Below are positions 1 through 11,753 of a DNA stretch of 64,000 nucleotides, piece by piece. The notes beneath the pieces are model-generated. The model was not told where the DNA came from. It worked only from the letters and a program-made list of their open reading frames with translations, and searched no databases. Position 1 is the stretch's first letter; every line of letters begins with the position of its first letter. The translations under genes were made by a program, and so were the position numbers. The DNA lies in contig NC_057719.1 in the NCBI RefSeq assembly GCF_004010195.1, positions 14,196,364-14,260,363 of the forward strand, given 5' to 3'. The stretch is from Chiloscyllium plagiosum. Taxonomy: Eukaryota.

Positions 1-69
1 TCGTTAAATCCTAACGATAGTGGGATGAGGCATTTCAGTGACCATTAATTTGCAATGTAAGAGCCTCAT

Positions 70-402
70 CATAGAGTTTTTACTGTGTGAAAGCAGGCCC
101 ATTTGGCGAATTGAGTCCACACAGAAGAGCATCCCGCACAGATCAACCTCCTGCCCTGTAACCCTACATTTTCCATGGCTAACCCACCTAGCCTGCACAT
201 GATGGACAATTTATGACAGCCAATCCACCTGAACTGCATGTCTTTGGATTGTGGGAAGATACTGGAGCACTCAAACAAAACCCACAAAGACACAGGGAAA
301 AATGTGCAAACTCCACACTGACAGTCACCGTAGGCTGGAATTGAACCCATATCCCTGGAGCTGTGACGCAGCAGTGCTAACCACTGAGCCACCATGCCAC
401 CC
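70..402 (-). mobile_element. tRNA-derived SINE (HE1/V-SINE-like)
   Basis: A box TGGCTCAGTGG, B box GGTTCAATTCC; body shared with 11 other copies. Confidence 0.85.
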
Positions 403-634
403 TAACTGACTCAAAGGCGGGTGAGTTTCTTAACACAACCACTGGTACTGGTAAAATTGCAGCAGGGTAGGGGACAATCTGAATAAGCAGCTGCCATGGA
501 CCACCCCCAGGGCATTTTACCAACAGAAGTCTTAAACCCCAGGCCAATATCCAACATTCGGACCAATGTATTGCACTTCACAGTAAAGAACAGTTGCTGA
601 CAAATCAAACCACGTTTTCTATTGTAAGACTCAC

Positions 635-721
635 CTCCATAGCTTTGTGATCCAAAGCTAAAAGAACCGATCTGAAATGGAATAAAGCCTTTTCCATCTG
701 GACAAATTTCATTGTATTCAT
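635..721 (-). CDS. LTBP2: LTBP2-like exon G, end of TB3 (DEYNEICPDGKGFIPFQIGSFSFGSQSYG)
   Basis: Acceptor aattcag|AT, donor G|gtgagt; 87 nt, phase 1-1; supplies Cys8 and the CPxGKG motif. Not in the ORF track in this frame. Confidence 0.9.
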
Positions 722-834
722 CTGAATTGAGGCAAAGAGAACAAATGGTTCAGATGCAGTTCTGATTTTTTTTAATTCCAGCCTTTGACAACACACACAT
801 CACATGGATAATGGTTCAATCAAACACCACAATT

Positions 835-930
835 GTTTCTGAGGAAGGGCCACTTGACCTGAAAATTTTGATTTCTCGTCACAGATGCTGCCAGATTTGC
901 TGAGCTTTTCCAGCAATTTCTGTTTTTGTC
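835..930 (+). mobile_element. Penelope-derived short element with degenerate hammerhead core
   Basis: ctgaggaagggccacttgacctgaaa followed by the family tail cagatgctgccaga...ttttccagcaatttctg. Confidence 0.6.
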
Positions 931-1194
931 CTACAATTGCTTCACTGTCCTGTTGACACCTTGAAATGGAATGTTGGGAATTCTGTTTGCTTGCTCTGAA
1001 TATCCCCTCACAGTAATTCTGTGTGTTGTAACAGTGAGCCTAGACTCTTATGGGACATCTGAACATACCTATTGATGGAGTCACTTTCCCTAACGCAGTC
1101 GTAGTGTGATTCTTTTGTACCTGATGACCTTAAGAAAACTGATCATTACAAATGTAATGGGTCTTTATTCTTTTACTTAGCAATGCTCCATGAC

Positions 1195-1411
1195 CTCTCC
1201 CTCTCTCTCCCACACGTACGCATGCGCGCACACACACAACCTTTCTCTCTCCCTCTCTCTCTCTCTCACACACATAAATCAATGGGGTAAAATTGCATTT
1301 GCAGATTTGAATTTGTAGGTACATTCTATTTTGTTCAAAAAGCACACAATCAGTCATAGAATCTCTCCCTCTCTCTCCCACACGTGCGCATGCGCGCACA
1401 CACACAACCTT

Positions 1412-1446
<35 letters not shown>

Positions 1447-1534
1447 TAAATCAATGGGGTAAAATTGCATTTGCAGATTTGAATTTGTAGGTATATTCTA
1501 TTTTGTTCAAAAAGCACACAATCAGTCATAGAAT
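1195..1534. repeat. Tandem duplication of a ~170 bp unit containing (CT)n/(CA)n tracts
   Basis: 1195-1362 and 1363-1534 are near-identical. Confidence 0.9.
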
Positions 1535-1836
1535 CCCTGCAGCGTGGAAACAGGCCCTTCAAGTCCACACTGACCCTCCAAAGAGTATTCCACTCAAACA
1601 CATCCCTCTACATTTACCCCTAACCTACACATCTCTGAACACTATGGGCAATTTAGCACGGCCAATTCATCTAATCTACACATTTTTGGATTATGGGAGG
1701 AAACCAGAGCACCCGGAGGAAACCCACACAGACACAGGCAGAATGTGTAAACTCCATACAGACAATCACCCAAGGCTAGAATCGAACCCGGGTCCCTGGT
1801 GCTGTGAGGCCACAGTGCTAACCACTCAGCCACCAT
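1527..1836 (-). mobile_element. HE1/V-SINE-like SINE
   Basis: Shared SINE body with A/B boxes. Confidence 0.85.
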
Positions 1837-2369
1837 ACGTAGCTTTTTATAAATTCCTACTTCTGGCTCCAGGGCGAGATACAAACACACTAGAAACTTG
1901 GCTTCACATCTAAAAAGCATTGTCTGACCTTTATTCTGATAAAACCTGAATTTATCTTGGGGCAGGGATTTACATATTGATCAATTGAAAATTGCATCTC
2001 CATTCTAACTGATTAAGGACTGAATAGCCATCTAGATTTGTTCAATACATTCGCATAAGTTGTATGACCCTTTGATCATTTACTTATAAATTCTGCGTCC
2101 CATATATTTTCTCTCACTAGCTGCCCAAGGAATGAACAGCGATCCAAAAGCTTGCAGTTTCAAAATAAACTCTGTTGGACTATAACCCAATATCGTGTGA
2201 TTTTTGACTTTGTCTACCCCAATCTAACTCTGGCACCTCCACATCATAATGTCATGTATGTTTACAAAAATCAGGGGTTCCTGTAGTAGAGTTGGAACAA
2301 AGTGAACAGCTGGAACAACATCTCACCAGGTTCAATCTTCTCCACTGCTGTCAGCTATGTATGGATACA

Positions 2370-2724
2370 TAGCTGAAGAAGGGCTAATGCCCGAAACGTC
2401 GATTCTCCTCTTCCCTAGATGCTGCCTGACCTGCTGCGCTTTTCCAGCAACACATTTCCATCTCTGATCTCCAGCATCTGCAGACCTCACTTTCTCCTCA
2501 AAGATTTCAACCTACTGCGAATCCTCTTACAAGGATGCCTTCCTTGAAGAAGCTCCCTTTCTCCCTCTACAAAGGTTTCAGTGAGTCCCTCTCTCACTGC
2601 ACCCCCCCAGGTCATCTCCTCTGCACAGAAGATTCCTGAAGAAGGGCTAATGCCCGAAACGTCGATTCTCCTCTTCCCTAGATGCTGCCTGACCTGCTGC
2701 GCTTTTCCAGCAACACATTTCCAT
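2370..2724 (+). mobile_element. Penelope-derived insertion with two tandem pseudo-LTR copies, each carrying a hammerhead ribozyme core
   Basis: Identical ~90 bp direct repeats beginning CTGAAGA at 2373 and 2636; 15 bp TSD ctatgtatggataca at 2355-2369 and 2725-2739. Confidence 0.8.
2631..2668 (+). ncRNA. Minimal type I hammerhead ribozyme motif
   Basis: CUGAAGA, extra A, stem II GGGC/UAAU/GCCC, GAAA, palindromic ACGU stem III, GUC site at 2663; stem I is very short. Confidence 0.6.
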
Positions 2725-3229
2725 CTATGTATGGATACAATCAAGCCAAGCTTTTAGGGGTCATGAATACAGGGGGTGGTGAGTGATCATAAATAGATCT
2801 CACCTTTCTTTTTCTATTATCATTTAGTCCATTTTTCTAATCAACCTGTTCAGAGATGCTATTGCTCACCTCTGGAGCATGTGGGACTTGAACTCAGGAT
2901 AGGGACACTACCACTACACCACAAGAAGGACCTTAATAGGTCTCATCTTAATTACTGCCTCAAATAATTTCCAATAATATCCTCAGTGTGCCAAACATTG
3001 TGAGGGAATTTAGAATTTACATATGCAGATATGAAGCAGTACATTTCACTAGCCAGAAAAGTTAATTGTCCCAAAATCCTTGGAGCTGGATAGTAAGGTA
3101 TATTTTATACCTGAGACCTGGACAATGCACCTGCAGCTTTACTGGGATTTTGCCTTAGCTGGAGTAGAAATTCTTCCCTTGAGCCCGCTTTGAGCCTTTT
3201 TAAAGACTTCAATTGAACTCACCTCAGTT

Positions 3230-4360
3230 GCAGACTCCCACAGCTATCTGGATTACACCTCCTTCCACCCTGCCTCCTGCAAAAATGCTATCCCGTATTT
3301 CCAATTCCTCCACTTCTGCTGCATTTGCTCCCAGGAGGACAAGTTCCACCACAGAATATGCCAGAGGGCCTCCTTCTTCAAAGACAGCAATTTCTCCTCC
3401 CACATGTTGACGATGCCCTCAGCTTATCTCATCTACTTCCCGCACTCCACCTTCAAGCCCCACCCCTCCAATCGCAGCAAGGACAGAGCCTCCCCCTGGT
3501 CCACACCTTCCACCCCACCAACCTCCATATACATTGCATCATACTCTGCCATTTCCACCGCCTACACACAGGCCCCACCACCACAGATATATTTCCCTCC
3601 CCACCCCATCCGCTTTCCATAAAGACCATTTCCTCCATGAATACCTCATCAGGTCCACACCTCCCACCAACCCACCCTCCCCTCCCGGCACCTTCCCCTG
3701 CCACTCTAGGAATTGCAAAACCTGTGCCCAGACTTCCCCTCTCACCTCCATCCAAGGCCCCAAAGGAGCCTTCCATCAGTTTCACCTGCACATCCACAAA
3801 TGTTATTTATTGTTATCCGTTGCTCTCGATGTGGTGTCCTCTCCATTGGGGAGACAGGGCCCCTACTCACAAAGCACTTTCAGAGAATACCTCCGGAACA
3901 CCCGCACCAACAAAGCCCATCGCCCCGTGGCCGAACACTTCAACTCCCCTTCCCACTCTGCCAAGGACATGCAGGTCCTGGGCCTCCTCCATCGCCACTC
4001 TCTAACCACTCACGCCTGGAGGAAGAATGCCTCATCTTCTGCCTTAGGACCCTCCAACCCCATGGCATTAATGTAGATTTCACCAGTTTCCTCATTTCCC
4101 CTCTCCCCATTTTATCCCAGTTCTAACCTTCCAGCTCAGCACTGCCCTCATGACCTGCCCCACCTGTCAATCTTCCTTCCCACCTATCGACTCCACCCTC
4201 CCCCAACCTATCACCTTTACCCCCACCTCCATCCACCTATAGCACTCTTAGCTACCTTCCCCCAAACCCCTCCCATTTATCTCTCCACTCCCGAGGCTCC
4301 CAGCATCATTCCTGGTGAAAGGCATTTGCCCGAAATGTTGATTTCCCTGCTCCTTGGATC
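3230..4360 (+). mobile_element. Penelope-like element 3' fragment (RT end, GIY-YIG endonuclease, pseudo-LTR), frameshifted
   Basis: Split frames give PGTFPCxxxNCKTC, FTCTSTNVIYC, IRCSRCGxxxIGET, VAEHFNSPSH, TLQPHGINVDF; degenerate hammerhead near 4311-4340. Confidence 0.85.
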
Positions 4361-4598
4361 CCGACTCACCTCAATTGCAACCTAGTGTTGAGCCCACTTG
4401 AAGACTCCAAACTTCCACTAGGATTGTAGAACCCCACAGTCTCCAGGTCAAATATCTTCAGTGGGAGCCAGAAATTAAAACAGCTTCAGCCCATGGAGCA
4501 CTCTGCTTTTTCTGAAGTCTTACTCTCCAGGTGGCATTTGCTGCTATAGAATGTCGGGGCCTGCAGTGTTACTGACTGTTCCACAGGAAGGTCAGCTT

Positions 4599-4729
4599 GT
4601 ACAATAGCTGGAACCCCATTAGTGCCCGACCAGATAGTTGCCCCTTGAGGCTTCCAATCTACACTTTACATGGAGCCTCAGGGAGGCAACTATCTGGTTG
4701 GGCACTAATGGGTTTCCAGCCTATTGTAC
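4599..4729. repeat. Near-perfect hairpin, ~58 bp arms with 14 nt loop
   Basis: 4599-4656 is the reverse complement of 4671-4729 with few mismatches or indels. Confidence 0.9.
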
Positions 4730-6049
4730 TATATAGTTCAGGAGAAAAATCTTTTACTAACCATTAATAGGGCATGAGTGTTGCTGGCAAGACTAGCAAC
4801 TACTTCCCGTCCCCAGTGGCCCTTGAGAAGGGATGGGTGGTTAAACATCCTTTTGACTATAACTGAATGGCTATTTGAGCATTTCTGAGGATCATTAAGA
4901 GTCTACCACATTGTTGAGTGCCTGGAGTCACATGTAGATCAGACTTTTTTAATTCTTTCATGGAATGTTAGTGTTGTTGGCAAAGCCAGCATTTCTTGCT
5001 CATCCATAACTGCCCTTGAAAAGGTAAGGCAGCTTGATTCCATCATAAAAGGACATTAATGAAATTATGGGGTTTACAATTAAGGCATAATATTTTATAA
5101 TATGCCTTTAATGCAATAGAACATTTCAACGCATGCAACAGATGTTATGAAACAAGATACAACACTCTTTGTCATGAGGAGATTTTAGAGTAGGTGACTA
5201 AACATTTCCCAAGTGTAGTGTCTAGAGTTTTGTCAGGAAGGAAAGTGAAGCAGTGAGCTAATTTAGGAAGTGATTTCAAGAGGTTAGAGCTCAGGGATTT
5301 GAATACATTGTGGAAAGACTAAAATTAGAGAAGCCTGAAACTCATTATATTTTCAAAATTGGCAATGTGTAGGCTTTTATTTCTAATCTAGTAATTGATT
5401 CCTGAAATTCTTTGGTCAATGGTTCACAAATCTTTTCACTTTGGTCTTTGGGGTACAACAATTCATCACTATGGATTTATTGGTCTTAACACTTTCTACC
5501 AGTAATCTTACTTAAAACAAAAAAATAAGTTGGGTTGTTGCCGTTTCTTGGTGAATGTTTGGAGGAAGTAAACAGATGATGTTAAATGTCTTTACTCATC
5601 TTTGGTTTCGGTACAGTTTTCACCTTTTTCGGTTCTTGTTTCTCATTTGACAGTCATCATTTGTTGGACTTGAAACTGTGTTTTTCTGCCTGCTTCATCT
5701 TTGCTTCTCTACCACTTCCAACCTGTCCTTGGATGTCCAGGCTCATGCAGCTTTTTTTTATCTTCCTCCTTGTAGGGTTTGTCAGGCTCATGCTTCCTCC
5801 TCATTTTACTTCTCTCTGGTTCAGTCTACACTTTCCAACAACTGTGTAATCATCATTTTACATTCTCAGCAGTATGCCTTTATAAACACTTCATTTGCTC
5901 TTCACTGAAATATCATTGAAAACACCCATGCACTTGATCACTCTGTAACTGCTATCCTCAAAAGAATGGCCCATTTTCCCATTCCTGTGTGTTATCTTCT
6001 GTAAGTTACCAGTATCAAGTTGGGATATGCACTCACCCTTGTAGCTCCA

Positions 6050-6265
6050 CCAAGGACATGCAGGTCCTTGGACTCCTCCATTGCCAGACCATAGCAACAC
6101 GACGGCTGGCGCATTTCCAACCCCCCTCCCCCAAGTCCCTTTTATCTTAGCCTGCTGGACACACTTTCCTCATTCCTGAAGAAGGGCTCATGTCTGAAAC
6201 TTCGATTCTCCTGCTCTTTGGATGCTGCCTGACCTGCTGTGCTTTTCCAGCAACACATTTTCAAC
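6050..6265 (+). mobile_element. Penelope-like fragment with hammerhead-like core (cctgaagaagggctcatgtctgaaac)
   Basis: Similar to 3960-4020 and to the pseudo-LTR at 2373. Confidence 0.7.
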
Positions 6266-6782
6266 CCTTGTAACTACCCTGGTTATGGATGAGGAATAGT
6301 CACATGTTATGTTTGTTAACTTCGACTGAACCACTTGACAATTCCAATTTATATTTGGTTGACTTAGAAACAACTTTGCTATTTTCACATGTCTTTCTTA
6401 TCTTTGACTCTCGAATGCACATCTTGTGACTTTTACCTTTTTTTATCATAGTATAGGTATCCCACCAGACGTTCTCATTTTGTGTCTTTTCATTTACTAC
6501 GTGGTCATCTTTTCTGACATTGCTAAACTAACTCTCTTCCTGTGCCCCATGTACATTGCATATCTGTGGGTTAAGTCCACATTTCTGATATTTCACAAAA
6601 GTGGTTATTTTATTTGATTAGTGATCCAAAGGTCTGACCTAATGATCCATGGCTTCAAATCTCACCAAGGCAGTTGGAGAATCAAACTTAATGAATTAAA
6701 TTACTCAGGAATAGAAATCTAGCATTCATAATAACAACAAGAAGGAACCGAATTTCTATAGTGCTTGCAATCCATTTTTTGT

Positions 6783-7125
6783 TATTCATTCATGGGATGA
6801 GGATGTTGCTGGCCTGGTCAACATTTAATGTCCATCCTTAATCGTCCAGAGGACAATTAAGAGTCAACCACATTGCTGTGGGTCTGGAGTCACATGTAGG
6901 CCAGACCAGGTAAGGATGACAGATTTGCTTCCCTAAAAGGCATTAGTGAACCAGGTGGATTTTTCCCACAATCGATTCACGGTCATCATTAGACTCTTCT
7001 TCTCAGATTTGTTTTTGCCAAATTCTGGCATCTGCCATGGCAGGATTCAACCCCAGATCTGCAGAACTTTACTCAGGTCTCTGGATTAACAGTCCAGTGA
7101 TAACACTGCGAAGCCATTGCTTCCC
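6783..7125 (-). mobile_element. Second tRNA-derived SINE family (possibly DeuSINE/SacSINE1-like)
   Basis: tRNA-like head; core ccacattgctgtgggtctggagtcacatgtagg recurs near 4900, 9296, 11090, 15935 and 17150. Confidence 0.6.
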
Positions 7126-7934
7126 CTTTATGTCACACGCAATCTCAGCCACCTATCATCTTGCTGTCTGATGACCTACACTGGGTAACAATTTCTCAAT
7201 TTAAAAATTCTCATCCCATTTTCAAACACCCTCTCCTTGATCTCACTGCGCTCTCCCTTTATAATTGTTTCCAGAATGATGAGTCTCTAAAATATCTGCA
7301 TTAATCTCCAATTCTGGCCTTATCCCAGAATCCATTAGCACTGAGGCACCATGGCATTGTACCTCTGTTAATTTTTTGAATGAACCAAGGCATGAATCGC
7401 ATGACCACACATTTTTCCTGCTATTTTATTTTTTCTTCAAGTGTTTATGAATGGTCTTTTAAAGGTTTCTACTGAATCTGCTTCTGCTATTCAGTCAGTG
7501 GGTATATTCCTGATCACCTTAATTTGCTGTGTTAAAAAAATCTCAATTTCCTTTCTGGGCCTTTTTTGCCAATGATTATAAATCTAAGACCTCTGGTTAC
7601 CAATTTTCCTGTCAGGGTTAAGTTTCTTCTTACTTACTCTCTCAAAGCTTATTATTTTAAAGAGCGTTCATATGTTTGAACGCTGGAGCTGTTTAACTTT
7701 GGTGCCGATATACACATTTTTCAGCAAGTGTCACATGTAGCAGGATTTCAGGACAAAACACACCAAGGGTAACTAGATCTCAGTCACAGACAGATATCGA
7801 GGTCCAAAACAGGGAGAGAATCTCAAGGAGGTGCACGCATACGAAAGCATTAGGAAGAAAATGCTTTAACTGTATTCTGCTTGATGGTAGGGAACTATTG
7901 TGAAATATCAGAAACATGACTTCATCCACAGATA

Positions 7935-8070
7935 GGAGAAAGTGAGGACTGCAGATTCTGGAGATCAGAGCTGAATTATTCAGGAAGGGCTCATGCCCGA
8001 AACGTTGATTCTCCTGTTCCTTGGATGCTGCCTGACCTGCTGCACTTTTCCAGCAACACATTTTCAGCTC
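7935..8070 (+). mobile_element. Penelope-derived short element
   Basis: Pseudo-LTR sequence with gggctcatgcccgaaacg; flanked by duplicated ttcatccacagata. Confidence 0.7.
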
Positions 8071-8399
8071 TTCATCCACAGATATGCAATGTACATGGGG
8101 CACAGGAAGAGAGTTAGTTTAGAAACATGAAAAAAGATGACCACATGGTAAATGAAAAGACACAAAATGAGAATGTCTGGTTGGATACCTATACTATGAC
8201 AAAAAAAAATGGTAAAAGTCACGAGATGTGCAGAAGAAAGTTAAAGACAAGAAAGACATGTGAAAATAGCAAAGATGTTTTTAAGTCAACCAAATATAAA
8301 TTGGAACAGTCAAGTGGTTCACAGACGAATTTGACAAATATAATACATGACAATTTCCTCATTTATAACAGGCGTGCTACATGGAGCAGTGCAGCAGAC

Positions 8400-9240
8400 A
8401 GCAAAGAAGGTTACCCTGGATCAGATGGGCCAATGGGCTGAGGAGTGGCAGATGGAGTTTAATTTAAATAAACATGAGGTACTGCATTTTGGAAAGGCAA
8501 ATCAGGGGGAGGACTTATATAATTAATTGTAAGGTCCTGGGGAGTGTTGCTGAACAAAGAGACCTTGGAGTACATGTTACTTGCAGGTAGACAAGATAGG
8601 GAAGAAGTTGTTTGATGTGCTTTCATTTATTGGTCAGAGCATCAAGTCTAATAATTGGGAGGTCATGTTACGGCTATTCAGGACATTGGTTAGGCCACTT
8701 CTAGAATATCGTGTGCAATTCCGGTCTCCCTCCTATGGGAAGGATGTTGTGAAACTTGAAAGGGTACAGAAAAAGATGTTGCCAGGGTTGGACGGTTTGA
8801 TCTATAGGGAGAGACTGAATAGGCTGGGGCTGTGTTCTCTGGATTGTCGGAGGCTGAGGAGTGACCTTACAGAAGCTTATAAAATCATAAGAGGCATGGA
8901 TAAGGTGAATAGACTAGGTCGTTTCCCTGGGGTGGGGAGTCAAGAAGAAGATGTCATAGGTTCAGGGTGAGAGGGGAAAGATGTAAAAGGGACCAAAGGG
9001 GTTACATTTTCACGCAGAGAATGGTGAATGTATGGAATGAGCTGCCAGAGGAACTAGTAGAGGCTGGTACAATTACAAAATCTAAGAGGCATCTGGATAT
9101 GTATATGATTAGGAAGGGTTAAGAGGGACATGGGTCAAATGCTGGCAAATGAGACTAGATTAGATTAGGATATCTGGACGGCATGAACGAGTTGGACTGG
9201 AGGGTCTGTTTCTGTGCTGTACATATCTACAAATCTATGA
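8400..9240 (+). mobile_element. CR1-group LINE 3' fragment
   Basis: LVRPLLEYRVQF, VKLERVQ and RERLNRLGL RT C-terminal motifs plus 3' UTR. Confidence 0.85.
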
Positions 9241-11284
9241 CCCCAATTTGATACTGGTAACTTACACCAGATAACACACAAAAATGGGAGTATTACCACA
9301 TTGCTGTGGGTCTGGAGGCACATATAGGTCAGGCGAGGTATGAGTGGCAGTTTTATTCCCTCAGGGTCAATAGTGAACCAGACGGGACTTTTTTCCTGGC
9401 AATCATCATTCGTCAGATGACAGGGAATCCTCTGAGCACTCGGTCGCTGGAATTCACTGGGGTCTTCATGTTGAAGCTTTTATTGTGCAAGATTTTCAAG
9501 GCAGGTGAGGCAATGTGGATTGGCAGGATTGCACTTTGACATGCTAATAAACATACAAGTGTTGGGTTTGGTACATTTTAAGAGGTATTTTGTTGAAGTG
9601 GCCAGGGAAATGATGTGCTTACGAGATTTGACTGAAGCTCCTCCAGATATTTTTTGATCAACCTGTCCAGAGGTGTCACAACACACCACTGGAGAAGGTG
9701 GAACTGGAGCCCGGGCCTTCTGATCGAGAGGTAGGATCACTACCATAATGCCACAAACTGACAGACAAATTAATTAATTGTAACAGGTAATTCACATTAG
9801 ACAGACACAACTGCAATCTGTCAGAGGACTTCCAATGAGATGGAACTCAACCAAGAATCATTCATGCTAAACAGTGAATGTTAGATAAATTTTAAAAGAA
9901 ATCTCTATTAACTTACTTTATAACACTGACATTGTAGAGAAAGCATATAAAGAGCATCTATTTTTAGTTAATTGTACTGAATATGCAATGCGATTTTTCA
10001 AGAGTGAAAGCAAGAATTTCCTAATCTTGCTTTCTGTCACAACATTTTATTAGCTGTCATCATCCTTCTGCTGTAATATATCTTTCATCTGCTATAAAAT
10101 TAATCATTATTTCCAATATTCCAGCATTCAGCAATCATGTTTTTTTATAACATCTGTTAACTGATTATTGATGTAAAAATCCTGGGGACAGTTTTTCATT
10201 AATATTCTTGAATATAAAGCTTTATTATAGATTTTGCACAGTTATAGTTAGTTGCTGAACGAAGAAAGTGAAATAAATCTCAGTTCAAAAAATATCGATT
10301 AGCTATTTTGGGCTGGAATGTATGAAATTGAATACAATGTTGTTTACAATGCTGACTTTGATCTTAGAGATGTACAGTTTTATGATGAGCAAAAGAATAA
10401 TAAAGCGGTATCGTACTGGGCAAAGCAATGATCAATGAATGACTCTTACTTCTATGGTGGAGAGTGGGGAGGGAATGCTCTGGCATCACGGTGCACTGGT
10501 CATGTGACAACTAACCAGCCGGATTCAGGAAAGGTCAGTCTATTTAGAGAACTGAATGGTACTCCTCGTACATAAGTAATCGCTTTGCTGGATATTTAAC
10601 TGAAACTATTTACATGGCGGAGTAGATTTCTGCCATGCTTCCAGCAGTGCTGGAAGGGCAGCAGTTCTCAGCAAGTACTCCTCTGGCAGGGAGGAGGGAA
10701 GAATTCCTACTGTCAGGCCCAACACTTGCATGTTAATGTTGAGAGTGTGGTGCTGGAAATGCACAGCAAGTCAGGCAGCATTCGAGGAGCAGGAAAATCG
10801 ACTTTTGGAGGGCTTTTGTCCTTCAAACTCTGATCTCCAGCATCTGCAGTCCTTACTTTCGCCTACTTGTATGCTAATTACCACAGCAAACTGCAATCCT
10901 ACCAATCCATATTGCCTCACCCGCCCCGGAAATCTTGTCCTGCAAAACCTTCAAACACGAAGACCCCAGAGAATTCCAGCGACTGAGTGCTCAGAGGATT
11001 CCCTGTCATCTGACCCACGTCGATTGTCAGGAAAAACCCCACCTGGTTCATTAATGTCCTTTAGGGAAGGAAACTGCTATTCTTACCTGGTCACAGCAAT
11101 GTGATTGACTCTTAACTGGCCCCTCTCCGTAATTAGGGATGGGAAATAAATGCTGACCTAGCCAGTGATGCCCTCATCTCATGAATGAATTTTTAAAAAG
11201 TCACCTCTTGCAAAGCTTTCAAATTCATTTCTTCAGTCTGACAAATCTGTCACGTGCTGGCACAAGACTGCATTGACAACAAAA

Positions 11285-11470
11285 ACGGAAAGAACTGCGG
11301 ATGCTGTAAATTAGAAACAGGAACACAAAACACTGGAAAAGCTCAGCAGGTCTGACAGCATCTGTGGAGAGAAATCGGAATTAACATTTCAGGCCTCATT
11401 CTGACAAAGAGTCACTCAATCTGAAACGTTCACTCTGGTTTCTCTCCACAGATGTTGCCAGACCTGTTCC
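11285..11470. mobile_element. Fold-back Penelope-derived element
   Basis: Inverted arms (caggtctgacagcatctgtggagagaaa / tttctctccacagatgttgccagacctg). Confidence 0.7.
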
Positions 11471-11561
11471 AGTAATGGCTGTATTAGCAGATATTCATTT
11501 GACATTTTACATATGTCTCATGATGTTACAGCACAAGCACACATCTTGAGAATGGTTTTAC

Positions 11562-11753
11562 CTGTGTTGATCATGGGACAAGGGTGAACTTCACAGTTAT
11601 CACCCCAACCGAGTCCAACAGTACAGCAGCATTCTTCCTTTGTGATGTTTCGGGACAGCAAATTATCGCAGAAGTTCTCATCATTCAGATTGTAGTAGCA
11701 TGCCTTCAAATCCCCCTTTGCAGGAGCTGGCATCATGGACACTGGTGTCTGTT
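11562..11753 (-). CDS. LTBP2: LTBP2-like exon F, linker plus TB3 (8-Cys) domain Cys1-7 (EQTPVSMMPAPAKGDLKACYYNLNDENFCDNLLSRNITKEECCCTVGLGWGDNCEVHPCPMINT)
   Basis: Donor G|gtaaaa; CCC triplet and GWG motif of TB domains. Acceptor acaacag|AA chosen among several in-frame AGs, so the 5' edge is less certain. Confidence 0.85.

Noticed and set aside
2373..2724. CRISPR-like repeat-spacer array
   Set aside because: Only two ~90 bp repeats in eukaryotic retroelement context, with no cas genes
3213..4126. Overlapping Pro-rich ORFs as novel genes
   Set aside because: Alternative frames of a frameshifted Penelope-like element
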